From Deinococcales bacterium (GTDB taxonomy: Bacteria > Deinococcota > Deinococci > Deinococcales > Trueperaceae): 64,000 nucleotides of DNA. A program made the position numbers and the translations under genes. The DNA lies in assembly GCA_037386005.1 (NCBI GenBank), contig JARRMM010000005.1, positions 21,045 through 85,044 on the forward strand, in the 5' to 3' direction. The notes under the pieces are model-generated. The model saw nothing but the letters and a program-made list of their open reading frames with translations. It did no database searches and was not told the origin of the DNA. Positions within the stretch are counted from its first letter, which is position 1. Every line of letters starts with the position of its first letter. Shown piece after piece: positions 34,365 to 43,739 of this stretch.

Positions 34365-36023
34365 CTACGCAGCGGTCTGCACGAAACGCTCCCGCAGCAC
34401 GTACCGCTGCACCTTGCCGCTGTAGGTCGTGGGCAGCTCCTCGAGCAGCACCAGCTTCTCGGGCCACATGAAGCGCGCCATGTCGTGGGACCTGAGGTGC
34501 TCGCGGAGCTCGTCGAGGGTGGGTGCGCCTCCCTCCGCGTCCGGCGTCACGCAGGCGCACACCCGCTCGCCCAGCTTGGGATCGGGCATGCCGACGACCA
34601 CCACCTCCTGCACCTTGGGGTGCGTGACCAGGACCTCTTCCACCTGACGCGGGTCGATCTTCTCGCCACCCCGGTTGATGATGTCGTCGGCCCGCGCCAG
34701 GTAGCGGTAGTTGCCGTCGAACTGCCGCACCAGGACGTCGTTGCCACGGAACCAGCCGTCGTCGGTGAAGGCGCTGGCCGTCGCCTCGGGGCGCATGAAG
34801 TAGCCGGCGGCGAAATTCGGGCCGCGCGCCCACACCTCGCCGGCCTCGCCGTCGGGCACCTCGCGGCCATCGTCGTCGAGGAGCTTGAACTCGACGCCGG
34901 GGATGGGACGCCCCACCGTGGTGGCCACCACGTCCAGCGGGTCGTCGAGGCTCGACATGGTGGCGGCGAACCCCTCGGTCCAGCCGTAGAACACCATGGC
35001 CCAGGAGCCGGTGCGGTCGACCCACTCGCGCAGCTTCACTTCGGGGATGGGCGCGCCGGCGTACACGGCCGCTTTGAGGCTCGACCAGTCGACGTCGTCG
35101 AGCTCGGGGCGGCGCAACAGGTGCAGGATGTGCGGTGGTGCGCCCACCAGGTACTGGGGCGCGGTCGTCCGCGCCAGCTCGAGCACCCGCTCCACCGTGA
35201 ACAGGTCGACCACCGTCCATCCGGAGCGCTGGTAGAGCGACAGCATCACGCCCACGCCGAGGCCCGTGAGGTGCGAGATGGGCGCCACGATCAGGACGTT
35301 GCCGCTCGTCGTCATCGGCACCCGCTCGCTGTAGGCCCGCGCGCAGAACAGGGTGTTGCCGTGGAGCAGGGTTACGCCCTTCGGCCGCCCGGTGGTGCCC
35401 GAGGTGAACATGACCATCACCGGGTCGCCGGGGTGGGGGCGGGTGTCGGCGAAATCGGCGACGTCGTAGCGGCCCTCGCCCTCCCGGATCAGGTCGGCGA
35501 GCTGCAGGTCGGCCTCCTCCGCGTCCGGCCCCACCCCGATGGTGAGCCGCAGGCCCGGGAGCTCGGCCTTGAGCTTCTGGGCCATCGCCTGGTGGTCGTA
35601 GGCGCGGTAGCGTCCCGGGCCGATGTAGGCGACCGCCTCGCTCAGCTCGGCGGCGTAGCGCACCTCGCGTTCCCGGAACGGCGTCTGCACGATCAGCGGC
35701 ACCGCGCCCGCGTAGTTGACGGCGAACAGCGCTGCCACCAGGCTGTTCCAGCTCGGCAGGTGGACGGCCACGCGCTCCCCCGGTCGGATCCCACGGTCAC
35801 GCAACGCCCCGGCCAGGGCCAGGACGCGCCGGTGGAAGGTGCGGAGCTCGAGCGCTTCCTCGTCGTCCCGCACCACCGCATCCGGAGCGTCGCGGGTGGC
35901 CTGCTCCAGCACGTCGCACCAGGTCTCGTTCGACCAGGACCCTTCCCGGAGGTAGCGTTCCACCACCTCGGGGGTCATCCAGGCTCCCTTCGACTTCGAC
36001 AGGAACTCCAACGCCATCACCAT
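34365..36023 (-). CDS. AMP-dependent synthetase/ligase (acyl-CoA synthetase-like)
   Basis: AMP-binding motif MFTSGTTGRPKGV and ..YGWTEG.. core. Alternative start ATG 36017, which has better SD spacing. Confidence 0.88.
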   Translation of the reverse strand: MVMALEFLSKSKGAWMTPEVVERYLREGSWSNETWCDVLEQATRDAPDAVVRDDEEALELRTFHRRVLALAGALRDRGIRPGERVAVHLPSWNSLVAALFAVNYAGAVPLIVQTPFREREVRYAAELSEAVAYIGPGRYRAYDHQAMAQKLKAELPGLRLTIGVGPDAEEADLQLADLIREGEGRYDVADFADTRPHPGDPVMVMFTSGTTGRPKGVTLLHGNTLFCARAYSERVPMTTSGNVLIVAPISHLTGLGVGVMLSLYQRSGWTVVDLFTVERVLELARTTAPQYLVGAPPHILHLLRRPELDDVDWSSLKAAVYAGAPIPEVKLREWVDRTGSWAMVFYGWTEGFAATMSSLDDPLDVVATTVGRPIPGVEFKLLDDDGREVPDGEAGEVWARGPNFAAGYFMRPEATASAFTDDGWFRGNDVLVRQFDGNYRYLARADDIINRGGEKIDPRQVEEVLVTHPKVQEVVVVGMPDPKLGERVCACVTPDAEGGAPTLDELREHLRSHDMARFMWPEKLVLLEELPTTYSGKVQRYVLRERFVQTAA

Positions 36024-36094
36024 CCCTTCGTCACCGCGTGCGACTCACGGAACCAGCGATCCAGCCAGCGACTCACCCCCTTCGCCTGCGCGCC

Positions 36095-37339
36095 TCACAG
36101 GCGCGCGAACACCACGGCGGCGTTGTTGCCGCCGAACCCGAAGCTATTGGACAGCGCCCGACGCAGCGGCGCCTGGCGTGGAGCGTTCGCCACCACGTCG
36201 AGGTGGAACCCCTCGTCGGGGCAGGCGTGGTTGATGGTCGGCGGTGCCACCCCCGATACCAGGGCCTGGACAGCGGCGATGGCCTCGGCGGCGCCCGAGG
36301 CGGCGATGAGGTGGCCCGTCATCGACTTGGTGGCGGAGACCAGCAGGTCGAGCGCGTGGTCCCCGAACACGAGGCCGATGGCCGTGGCCTCGGCCGCGTC
36401 CCCCAGCGGCGTCGAGGTGGCGTGGGCGTTGACGTGGTCGACGTCGCCTGGGTCGAGGCGGGCCTCGTCGAGCGCCCGGCGCATGGCCAACGCGGCCCCG
36501 CCGCCGCGGGGGTCGGGCTGGGTCACGTGGTAGGCGTCGGCGCTGCGTCCGTAGCCGAGCAGCTCCGCGTGGATGCGCGCGCCGCGCCGCTCGGCGTGCG
36601 CGAGCGACTCCAGCACCAGCACGGCCGCGCCCTCCCCCAGCACGAAGCCGTCGCGCTCACGGTCGAAGGGGCGGCTGGCGCAAGCCGGCTCGTCGTTGCG
36701 GTGCGAGAGCGCCCCCATCGCCGACAGCGCGCCGAGGAGGAGAGGCGTGAGGGGCGCCTCGGCCCCGCCCGCCAGCATCACCTCGGCCTCGCCCCGCTGC
36801 ACGGCCCGGAAGGCCTCGCCGAGCGCGTCCGTGCCGGTCGCGCACGCCGTGGAGGGGCTCAGCATGGGCCCGCGCAAGCCGTAGCGCATGGCGACCTGTG
36901 CGGACACGGCGTTCCCGATCATCTTGGGGAGCAAGAAGGGGTCGACGCGCCCCGGACCGCGCTGACGGGCACGCTCGCCGGCTTGCTCGAGGCTCTCGAT
37001 GCCGCCGAGAGCCGTGCCGACGGCGGCGCCCCAACGACTGCGGTCGCCAGCCCCGGCGAATGCGTCCTCGAGGCCGGCGTCCTCGACGGCGAGCGCGGCC
37101 GCGGCCAGCCCCAGAGCGGCCACGCGGTCGTGCCGCCGTCGCTCCGCACGGCCCAGCGCCTCAGCCGGGTCGAGGCCCACCTCGGCGGCGATGCGCACCG
37201 GCAGGCCGGTCGCGTCGAAGCGGCGCAGGGGTCCCACGCCCGACACGCCGGCGAGCTGGGCCTCGTGGAAGGCCGTGGCGCCCACGCCGATGGGCGTGAC
37301 CGGCCCCAGGCCGGTGATGACGACTCTGCGTTCGTCCAT
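36095..37339 (-). CDS. fabF: Beta-ketoacyl-ACP synthase II
   Basis: Active-site Cys context PSTACATG, His motifs NAHATSTPLGD and KSMTGHLIAASG, C-terminal NSFGFGGNNAAVVF. Confidence 0.9.
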   Translation of the reverse strand: MDERRVVITGLGPVTPIGVGATAFHEAQLAGVSGVGPLRRFDATGLPVRIAAEVGLDPAEALGRAERRRHDRVAALGLAAAALAVEDAGLEDAFAGAGDRSRWGAAVGTALGGIESLEQAGERARQRGPGRVDPFLLPKMIGNAVSAQVAMRYGLRGPMLSPSTACATGTDALGEAFRAVQRGEAEVMLAGGAEAPLTPLLLGALSAMGALSHRNDEPACASRPFDRERDGFVLGEGAAVLVLESLAHAERRGARIHAELLGYGRSADAYHVTQPDPRGGGAALAMRRALDEARLDPGDVDHVNAHATSTPLGDAAEATAIGLVFGDHALDLLVSATKSMTGHLIAASGAAEAIAAVQALVSGVAPPTINHACPDEGFHLDVVANAPRQAPLRRALSNSFGFGGNNAAVVFARL

Positions 37340-37545
37340 CGCTGCGTCTCGCGCTCCCTTCTCGGTCCCGAGCGGCAGACGGTCGCCGAGCGGGACCGAC
37401 CCGACGTCGGTCCGCTCCCATGGTGCAACCCGTCCAGCCCTACGCGGGGTCGCCGCCGATGCATCTGCCGTTCCCTGTCCATCACGCGCAAGCGCTCCGG
37501 GGCGAGCCGGGGTAGGCTTGCAGACGCCGGCGGCGCGGTGCGCAG

Positions 37546-39060
37546 GTGCGGCGGCCGGGAGCGGAGGGACCGACCTTGGACGGGCAGGAGAAGGGGATCG
37601 CCGAGCTGCAGGCGGCCATGGCGTCGGGGGAGGCCAGCGCGCTGCAGCTCACGGAGACGTACCTGGCGCGCATCGCGGCGATCGACCGGCGTGGCCCGAC
37701 GCTGAACGCGGTCATCGAGCTCAACCCGGAGGCCCTGGCGATCGCTGCCGACCTCGACCGCGAGCGGCGCGAGCGGGGTCCGCGGGGGCCGCTACACGGC
37801 ATCCCGGTGCTCGTCAAGGACAACATCGACACCGGCGACCGGATGATGACGACCGCCGGATCGCTGGCGCTGGAGGGCAACCTGGCGCCGGAGGACGCCG
37901 GCGTCGTGGCGCGGCTGCGGCGCGCCGGCGCGGTGCTGCTGGGCAAGACCAACCTGAGCGAGTGGGCGTACTTCCGTTCCACCCGGGGGTGCAGTGGCTG
38001 GAGCAGCCGGGGCGGGCAGACGCGCAACCCCCACGCCCTCGACCGTACCCCTTCCGGTTCCAGCTCAGGCTCGGGTGTCGCCGTGGCGGCCGACCTGTGC
38101 GCCGGTGCCATCGGCACCGAGACGGACGGCTCCATCGTGAGCCCGGCGTCCATGAACGGGGTGGTGGGCCTCAAGCCGACCGTGGGGCTCGTCGGCCGGA
38201 GCGGCATCATCCCGGTGGCCGTCTCGCAGGACACGGCCGGTCCGATGGCACGTTCGGTCGCCGATGCCGCGGCGCTGCTCACCGCCATCGCAGGGCCCGA
38301 CCCGCGCGACCCCGCCACGCGGGACGCGCCGCAGCTCGATTACACGCAGTTCCTCGACGAGGACGCTCTCCGGGGCGCCCGCCTGGGCGTGGCCCGGGAC
38401 TGCTTCGGACGCCACGAGGGCGCCGACGCCGTCATCGAGGGCGCGATCGCGGCGATGCGCGCGGTCGGCGCCGACATCGTGGACCCGGTCGAGATCGGAC
38501 GCGTCCGGATGGACGAGGCCCCCGAGCTGAGGCTCATGCTGATCGAGATCAAGGCCGGGGTGGATGCCTACCTCGCGGAGCACCCCTGTGCGGCCGTGCG
38601 CAGCCTGGAGGAGGTGGTGGCGTTCAACCGCCTCCACGCCGACCGGATGATGCCCTACTTCGGCCAGGAACTGCTGGAGCGCGCCGTGGCGGAGGGCGCC
38701 GTCGACGAGGTTACCCACCGGGAGGTCCGCGAGGCGTGCCGCCGGGCGGCACGCGACGAGGGCATCGACCGCGCGCTCCGCGAGCACCGTCTGGACGCAC
38801 TGGTGGCGCCCACCAAGCCGCCGGCCTGGACGATCGACCCGGTCGATGGCGACAAGCGGTTGGGCGGCTGCGCGACCCCCGCCGCGATGGCGGGCTACCC
38901 GCACGTCACCGTGCCCGCCGGCGCCGTGCACGGGCTGCCGATCGGCCTGTCGTTCTTCGCTGGGGCCTACGCCGAGCCGCGCCTGATCGGCCTTGCCCAC
39001 GCCTTCGAGCGGGCGGTTCCAGCGCGCGTGCGGCCACGCTTCGCCGCTAGCGTTTCCTGA
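37546..39060 (+). CDS. Amidase signature family enzyme
   Basis: Amidase signature ..PSGSSSGSGVAVAADLCAGAIGTETDGSIVSPAS.. Alternative TTG start at 37576 after GGAGGG. Confidence 0.88.
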   Translation: MRRPGAEGPTLDGQEKGIAELQAAMASGEASALQLTETYLARIAAIDRRGPTLNAVIELNPEALAIAADLDRERRERGPRGPLHGIPVLVKDNIDTGDRMMTTAGSLALEGNLAPEDAGVVARLRRAGAVLLGKTNLSEWAYFRSTRGCSGWSSRGGQTRNPHALDRTPSGSSSGSGVAVAADLCAGAIGTETDGSIVSPASMNGVVGLKPTVGLVGRSGIIPVAVSQDTAGPMARSVADAAALLTAIAGPDPRDPATRDAPQLDYTQFLDEDALRGARLGVARDCFGRHEGADAVIEGAIAAMRAVGADIVDPVEIGRVRMDEAPELRLMLIEIKAGVDAYLAEHPCAAVRSLEEVVAFNRLHADRMMPYFGQELLERAVAEGAVDEVTHREVREACRRAARDEGIDRALREHRLDALVAPTKPPAWTIDPVDGDKRLGGCATPAAMAGYPHVTVPAGAVHGLPIGLSFFAGAYAEPRLIGLAHAFERAVPARVRPRFAASVS

Positions 39061-39204
39061 CACGATGCCCACGCGAAGCGCGTCGGCGCCCCACCCACGT
39101 GGGTCCCGAAACGTCTCTGGCGCGGGCGCTCACCGCGAGGTATAAGGGCGCATGCGGGCCGTTACCGGCGTCCTAGACCTCGTTGCCGACCTTGCCGGGA
39201 TGTC

Positions 39205-40002
39205 GTGAGCGAGGTCCTCGGCCTGCCGCCGGCGGCCCTTCTGGCCGCAGCCGCCGCTGCGTTGCTGGTGGGCGTGGCCAAGGCGGGGTTCGGTGCCGGC
39301 TCCGGCGTCATCGCTACGCCGCTGGTGGCCCTGACGCTACCGGTCCCCCAGGCCGCCGCGCTGCTCCTGCCCGTGCTCATCGGAGCCGACATCTTCGCCG
39401 TGTGGCACTACCGGCGCAGCGCGAGCGTACGCGACCTGCGCCTGCTGTTGCCCAGCGCGCTCGTGGGGATCGTGCTGGGGGCGCTCACCTTCGACCTGCT
39501 GGCGCCGCACGGGCGCGTGCTCGAGGTGGGGATCGGCATCTTGGCGCTGGTGTTCGTCGTCTGGCAGGGGGTGCGGGTGCAGGTCTTGCGGGCGCTCGTC
39601 GGCCACCCGCCGTCGCGCCTGTGGGGTGGCGTGCTGGGGGGTCTGGCGGGGTTCACCTCGACCCTGGCGCACGTGGGCGGCCCGCCGGTCGCGGTGTACC
39701 TGCTCCCCCGGGGGCTCGGGCGCGAGCTGTTCGTGGGCACGGCGGCCTGGTTCTTCTTCATCGTCAACGTGGTGAAGCTGGTGCCCTACGGCCTGCTGGG
39801 GCTGCTGAGCGTCGACAACCTGGTGGTGGCCCTGTTGCTGCTGCCGCTGGCGTACGGCGGGGTGGCGCTGGGCGTGTGGCTGAACCGGACCGTCCGTGAG
39901 CGCGGTTTCACGTTGGCGATCTACGTTCTGCTCACGCTCACGGGCATCCAGCTGGTGACCGGCGGTTCGCTCATCGGGCGGCTGGCGCACCTGCACCTGT
40001 GA
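39205..40002 (+). CDS. TauE/SafE (TSUP) family anion exporter
   Basis: About 8 TM helices with internal repeat; ..GVAKAGFGAGSGVIATPLV.. and ..GFTSTLAHVGGPPVAVYLL.. Confidence 0.8.
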   Translation: MSEVLGLPPAALLAAAAAALLVGVAKAGFGAGSGVIATPLVALTLPVPQAAALLLPVLIGADIFAVWHYRRSASVRDLRLLLPSALVGIVLGALTFDLLAPHGRVLEVGIGILALVFVVWQGVRVQVLRALVGHPPSRLWGGVLGGLAGFTSTLAHVGGPPVAVYLLPRGLGRELFVGTAAWFFFIVNVVKLVPYGLLGLLSVDNLVVALLLLPLAYGGVALGVWLNRTVRERGFTLAIYVLLTLTGIQLVTGGSLIGRLAHLHL

Positions 40003-40070
40003 ACGGCTCGTGTCGGGTGTAGCCTTCCCTCGAGGGGGCGCACGTCGGGCCCCCGAGAGTCGAGGACGAC

Positions 40071-40487
40071 GTGAGCCCTGAACCTGTGAACCGTGACTCC
40101 GCCTCCCCGTCCGGGACGTCCTCGCGGCGCCAGGCCCGCCGCGAGCGTCGGCAGGGCCGTGACCGTGTCGGCCTGGGCGTGCTGTTGGTCGCGGTAGGCG
40201 CTCTCCTGCTCCTGCGCGACAGCTTCGGGGTGACCTTCCAGGACTGGTGGGTGGTGTTCTTGCTGGTGCCCGCCGCCGCCTTCCTCTACCGCGCCTACAA
40301 CGGCTACCGGGCGTCCGGGAGCTTCGACCGTGAGGTGGTCCGCCACGCCACCCCCGGGGTGGTCCTGGTGATCGTGTCGGTCGTGTTCCTGTTCGGCCTG
40401 TCGTGGAACCTGATGGGGCCGTTGCTGCTCATCTTCCTGGGCGCCGTGCTGCTGGTGCGCCCCGGGAGCGCCCCCTCGCGCGACTAA
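40071..40487 (+). CDS. Hypothetical membrane protein
   Basis: Arg-rich N-terminus then 4 TM segments. No family recognised. Confidence 0.5.
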   Translation: MSPEPVNRDSASPSGTSSRRQARRERRQGRDRVGLGVLLVAVGALLLLRDSFGVTFQDWWVVFLLVPAAAFLYRAYNGYRASGSFDREVVRHATPGVVLVIVSVVFLFGLSWNLMGPLLLIFLGAVLLVRPGSAPSRD

Positions 40488-41389
40488 CCGGCCAGCCCGT
40501 TCGACCGCAGGAACGAGCCCAGCGCCTCCACCAGCGCGGGCGCTAGCGGCAGCGACGGGTCGCTGTAGGCCGCCAGGTTGGCGTCGCGGTCCGCCGGGGC
40601 GAGCTTGAGCACGTGGTTCATGCCCTCGATGAGGGCGAGGGTGCCGTGGCGCGTCGCCGCGGCGAGGGCCTCGCCGTCCGACCGCGGCACCTGCAGGTCC
40701 GTCGTGCCCTGGACCACCAGCGCCGGCACCTCGAGATCGGCGATGGCCCGCGTGGGATCCACCCGGAACCAGCTCACCAGGTAGGGCCGCACGCTGGCGC
40801 GGAACAGCCCCTGACCGATGGAGGGAACGGCGGCCACGCTGGCCGGCAGCTCGGTCGCGGTGCGACCCGCCTCGAGCTCCCTCAGGACCCCGTCCACGTC
40901 CTCCAGCAGCGCCGGCGGGAGCTGTGCGCCGAGCTGCGAGCGGAGCACGTCGGCGGCCGGGCGACCGGCGCCCTCCAGCGAGACGAACGCCGCGGCGCGC
41001 ACACGCGCCGCGGCGAGCATGCCGACGAGCGAGCCCTCGCTGTGGCCGAGCACCACGCGGCGGTCGAAGCGGTCGTCGCTGGCCAACACGTCGAGCCAGG
41101 CCTCGGCGTCGTCCACCGACAGGTCGAAGGTCATGCGTGCTTCGTCGACGCCGGCCGGCGCGCTCTCGCCGATCCCGCGCTTGTCGTAACGGAGCGACGC
41201 CACGCCGGCGTGCGCCAGCGCCGCGGCGAGCATCTTCAGCGAGTCGTTGCGGCCCGGAAGCAGGGTCGAGTTGCCATCGCGGTCGGTCGGGCCGGACCCG
41301 GCGACGATGAGCGCAGCGGGGAACGGCGGGTCGCCTTCGGGGAGCTCGAGGGTGCCGTGGAGAGCGCCGCTGGGGGTTCCGAGGATCAT
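40484..41389 (-). CDS. Alpha/beta hydrolase
   Basis: ..ALIVAGSGPTDRDGN.. and nucleophile elbow VVLGHSEGSLVG. ATG 41389; the track ORF extends spuriously to 41773. Confidence 0.8.
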   Translation of the reverse strand: MILGTPSGALHGTLELPEGDPPFPAALIVAGSGPTDRDGNSTLLPGRNDSLKMLAAALAHAGVASLRYDKRGIGESAPAGVDEARMTFDLSVDDAEAWLDVLASDDRFDRRVVLGHSEGSLVGMLAAARVRAAAFVSLEGAGRPAADVLRSQLGAQLPPALLEDVDGVLRELEAGRTATELPASVAAVPSIGQGLFRASVRPYLVSWFRVDPTRAIADLEVPALVVQGTTDLQVPRSDGEALAAATRHGTLALIEGMNHVLKLAPADRDANLAAYSDPSLPLAPALVEALGSFLRSNGLAG

Positions 41390-41478
41390 CCGCGGAGCAG
41401 CATACCGCCATCCCGGGGGCCGGGAGAGAAGCGGGTCTCGGCCACCGAGCGCGGGGCGAAGCGGCGCTAGAGTGAGCC

Positions 41479-42126
41479 ATGGCCGTCGACCGGTCGCCCC
41501 GGGGGGACCTGCCGACGCTCGCGTCCGATACGGCGCGAACGCCCCTGGTTCGTAGGGTCGCCGGTGCCCTCGTGGGGCGCCGGATGTGGCTCGCGGGCAC
41601 GGTGTACCTGTGCCTGGACCTGTCGGCCAGCATGGCCGACCCCGGCAAGATGCCACAGCTCGTCCGCGGGTCGGTGCGGTTCTTCTACGAGGCCTGGCGT
41701 CGCGACTACGCCATCGGGCTGGTCGGCTTCGGGTCGACGGCGCGCGTGCTGACGGGCGCCACGCGCGATCCACACCGCTTCCAGCGGTGCATGAGTGGGC
41801 TCGAGCCGAACGGCCGCACCGCCATGGCGCGGGCGCTCCACCTGGCCGCGGCGCGCCTGCGCTTCCGGCGCGGCCGGCGCGTCATCCTGCTGATCACCGA
41901 CGGCATGCCGGACAGCCGCGAGGCGACGCTCGACGCCGCCGCGGCGGCCCGCGCAGCAGGCATGACCGTCATCGCCGTGGGGACCGACGACGCCGACGAG
42001 GCGTTCCTGAGCGCGCTCACGCCCCGCCCGGAGCTGGCCCGCGTGGTATCGGGCGAAGCCTTCGGCGAGGCCATCGGGGACGCGGCGGGTCGGCTCGTAT
42101 CGGACCGGCACCAGCGGCGGCGCTGA
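41479..42126 (+). CDS. von Willebrand factor A (vWA) domain protein
   Basis: MIDAS-like VYLCLDLSASM, ..GRTAMARAL.., ..VILLITDGMPD.., ..VIAVGTDDAD.. Confidence 0.8.
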   Translation: MAVDRSPRGDLPTLASDTARTPLVRRVAGALVGRRMWLAGTVYLCLDLSASMADPGKMPQLVRGSVRFFYEAWRRDYAIGLVGFGSTARVLTGATRDPHRFQRCMSGLEPNGRTAMARALHLAAARLRFRRGRRVILLITDGMPDSREATLDAAAAARAAGMTVIAVGTDDADEAFLSALTPRPELARVVSGEAFGEAIGDAAGRLVSDRHQRRR

Positions 42127-42368
42127 GCCACCCGCCGGCCGGTGACGTTTGGCTCTGGCACCGACGCCCGGCGCCCCCCATGCTCGAATCGGAGCCGGCA
42201 CAAACCGCCACGTCTCGCGATCGTCGCCCACCACGGCGGGAGAGCCTGATCGTCTGGATCCGCCGAGAGCGGACGGGGACGCGAACGAGGAGGCGACGGC
42301 TCCAGGGGAGGTGGGATCCTGCCGTCCATGACGACCGAAGACCTTGGCTGTCGGCATGGGAGAACGCT

Positions 42369-42911
42369 ATGCGCAGACTGCTCGCAGCCCTGGCCTTGTG
42401 CGGGGTGTTCGCCGGCATGGCGCTCGGCCAGTCCACACGTTTCGTGGCGCCCTCGCTCGTCTTCGACGACTCCGCCTTCAACTACACCGCCGATGCCACT
42501 GGCTCGTTGACCTTCGCCCGCAACATGGGGACCAACACGCTGAAGGTCACGCTCGTTCCCGGCGAGGTGGAGGGCGGCCTGCGGTTCACCACCACCGACG
42601 CCGACCGCGCCGCCGTTGTCGGGGTCGATCGCGAGGTGGCGCGTGCCGTGATCGGCATCGACGTGTCCGAGCGCGGGATCGAGCTCCCGTTCGACCTGGC
42701 GACGATCGATCCGTACGAGGTGCTGAGCTACTTCCACCAGCAGCTCCCCGCTCTGGGCTTCGAGCCCAGCCAGGAGCTGTTCGGCGGCAACGCCTACGTC
42801 TTCACGTGCTCGTGCCAGGAGAACCAGATGACCAGTGCTCGGCTGAGCATGGACCGCACCGGGAAGCGGGCGTTCGTGCGTCTGGTGCTCGAGCTGCCCA
42901 CCGCCTACTAG
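42369..42911 (+). CDS. Secreted hypothetical protein
   Basis: Signal peptide MRRLLAALALCGVFAGMALGQ; SD GGGAG before ATG 42369. It is the only convincing coding part of track ORF 41586-42911. Confidence 0.6.
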   Translation: MRRLLAALALCGVFAGMALGQSTRFVAPSLVFDDSAFNYTADATGSLTFARNMGTNTLKVTLVPGEVEGGLRFTTTDADRAAVVGVDREVARAVIGIDVSERGIELPFDLATIDPYEVLSYFHQQLPALGFEPSQELFGGNAYVFTCSCQENQMTSARLSMDRTGKRAFVRLVLELPTAY

Positions 42912-43008
42912 CGGTCCGCGTTCGGGCCGTACACCCTGCACGAGCGATCGGCCCGCGCGCCGGAGGGTCGAGGCGGCGTCCGGCGGTCCGGCGCGCCGCC
43001 CGGAGGAG

Positions 43009-43254
43009 TCATGCCTGCGCCTGGACCTCCACGTACCACGAGTCGCGCTTGGCGAACACGTGGAAGCGTACCCCCCCGTACTGACCGAAGTCGGTCGTGA
43101 CGTTGGCGAAGCCGTAGGCCAGGCCCCGGTTGGAGAAGGGTCCGACGATGCAGTCGGTCTCGCCCTTCCAGCGGTTGGGGGAGATGGGGGTCACGGGGCG
43201 CACGCCGGCGCCACCACGGACCGGCGCGAATACGCGGGTTCTCTCGCGCACCAT
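43009..43254 (-). CDS. Hypothetical 81-aa protein
   Basis: Canonical SD AGGAG 6 nt before ATG 43254; ..WKGETDCIVGPFSNRGLAYGFANVTTDFGQYGGVRFHVF.. is non-repetitive. No family recognised. Confidence 0.5.
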   Translation of the reverse strand: MVRERTRVFAPVRGGAGVRPVTPISPNRWKGETDCIVGPFSNRGLAYGFANVTTDFGQYGGVRFHVFAKRDSWYVEVQAQA

Positions 43255-43599
43255 ACGGGACTCCTGTAGGATTCCGCTCCAGGATCAGCTGGGCGTCGCC
43301 GGAAACGCTCACCCGTGCGGTGAGGGACGGATCGGTTCTACTCGAAACGAAACGGAAGGAGATCGCGGGGTCCTCCAGTATAGGGGTTCGCAGGCGACGG
43401 TCGCAAGGGGTCGGGGCGTCAGCCCGACGGGGCCGGACCGCGGCCGAGCGGACGCCCGCCCCCCTCCGGATGCCGTGGGCTCCCCCGGCAAACGGAGGCG
43501 CCTGATGGCCACGAGCCCGCCACGAGAGGGCTCCCACGGGCGTCCAGCAGGCACGCAAGGTCCTCCCCCCCGGATCTCCGGTGGCGTTGTCCCGGACGC

Positions 43600-43627
43600 T
43601 TGACGCCGCGGGGGCTGGGTCTACACT
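43600..43627 (+). promoter_or_regulatory. Sigma-70-like promoter for the 43740 membrane-protein gene
   Basis: TTGACG, 16-nt spacer, TACACT. It is followed by a ~110-nt leader with three short hairpins. Confidence 0.5.
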
Positions 43628-43739
43628 CGCCCCGTGATCGGAGGTCGATCACGTAGCAGGAGCGATCTGCGCTCCTTGTTACTGCCGTTGCCTTGAACGT
43701 CCTCTGCCGCCTCGACGGCGGTTGGAAGGGAGGATCACC

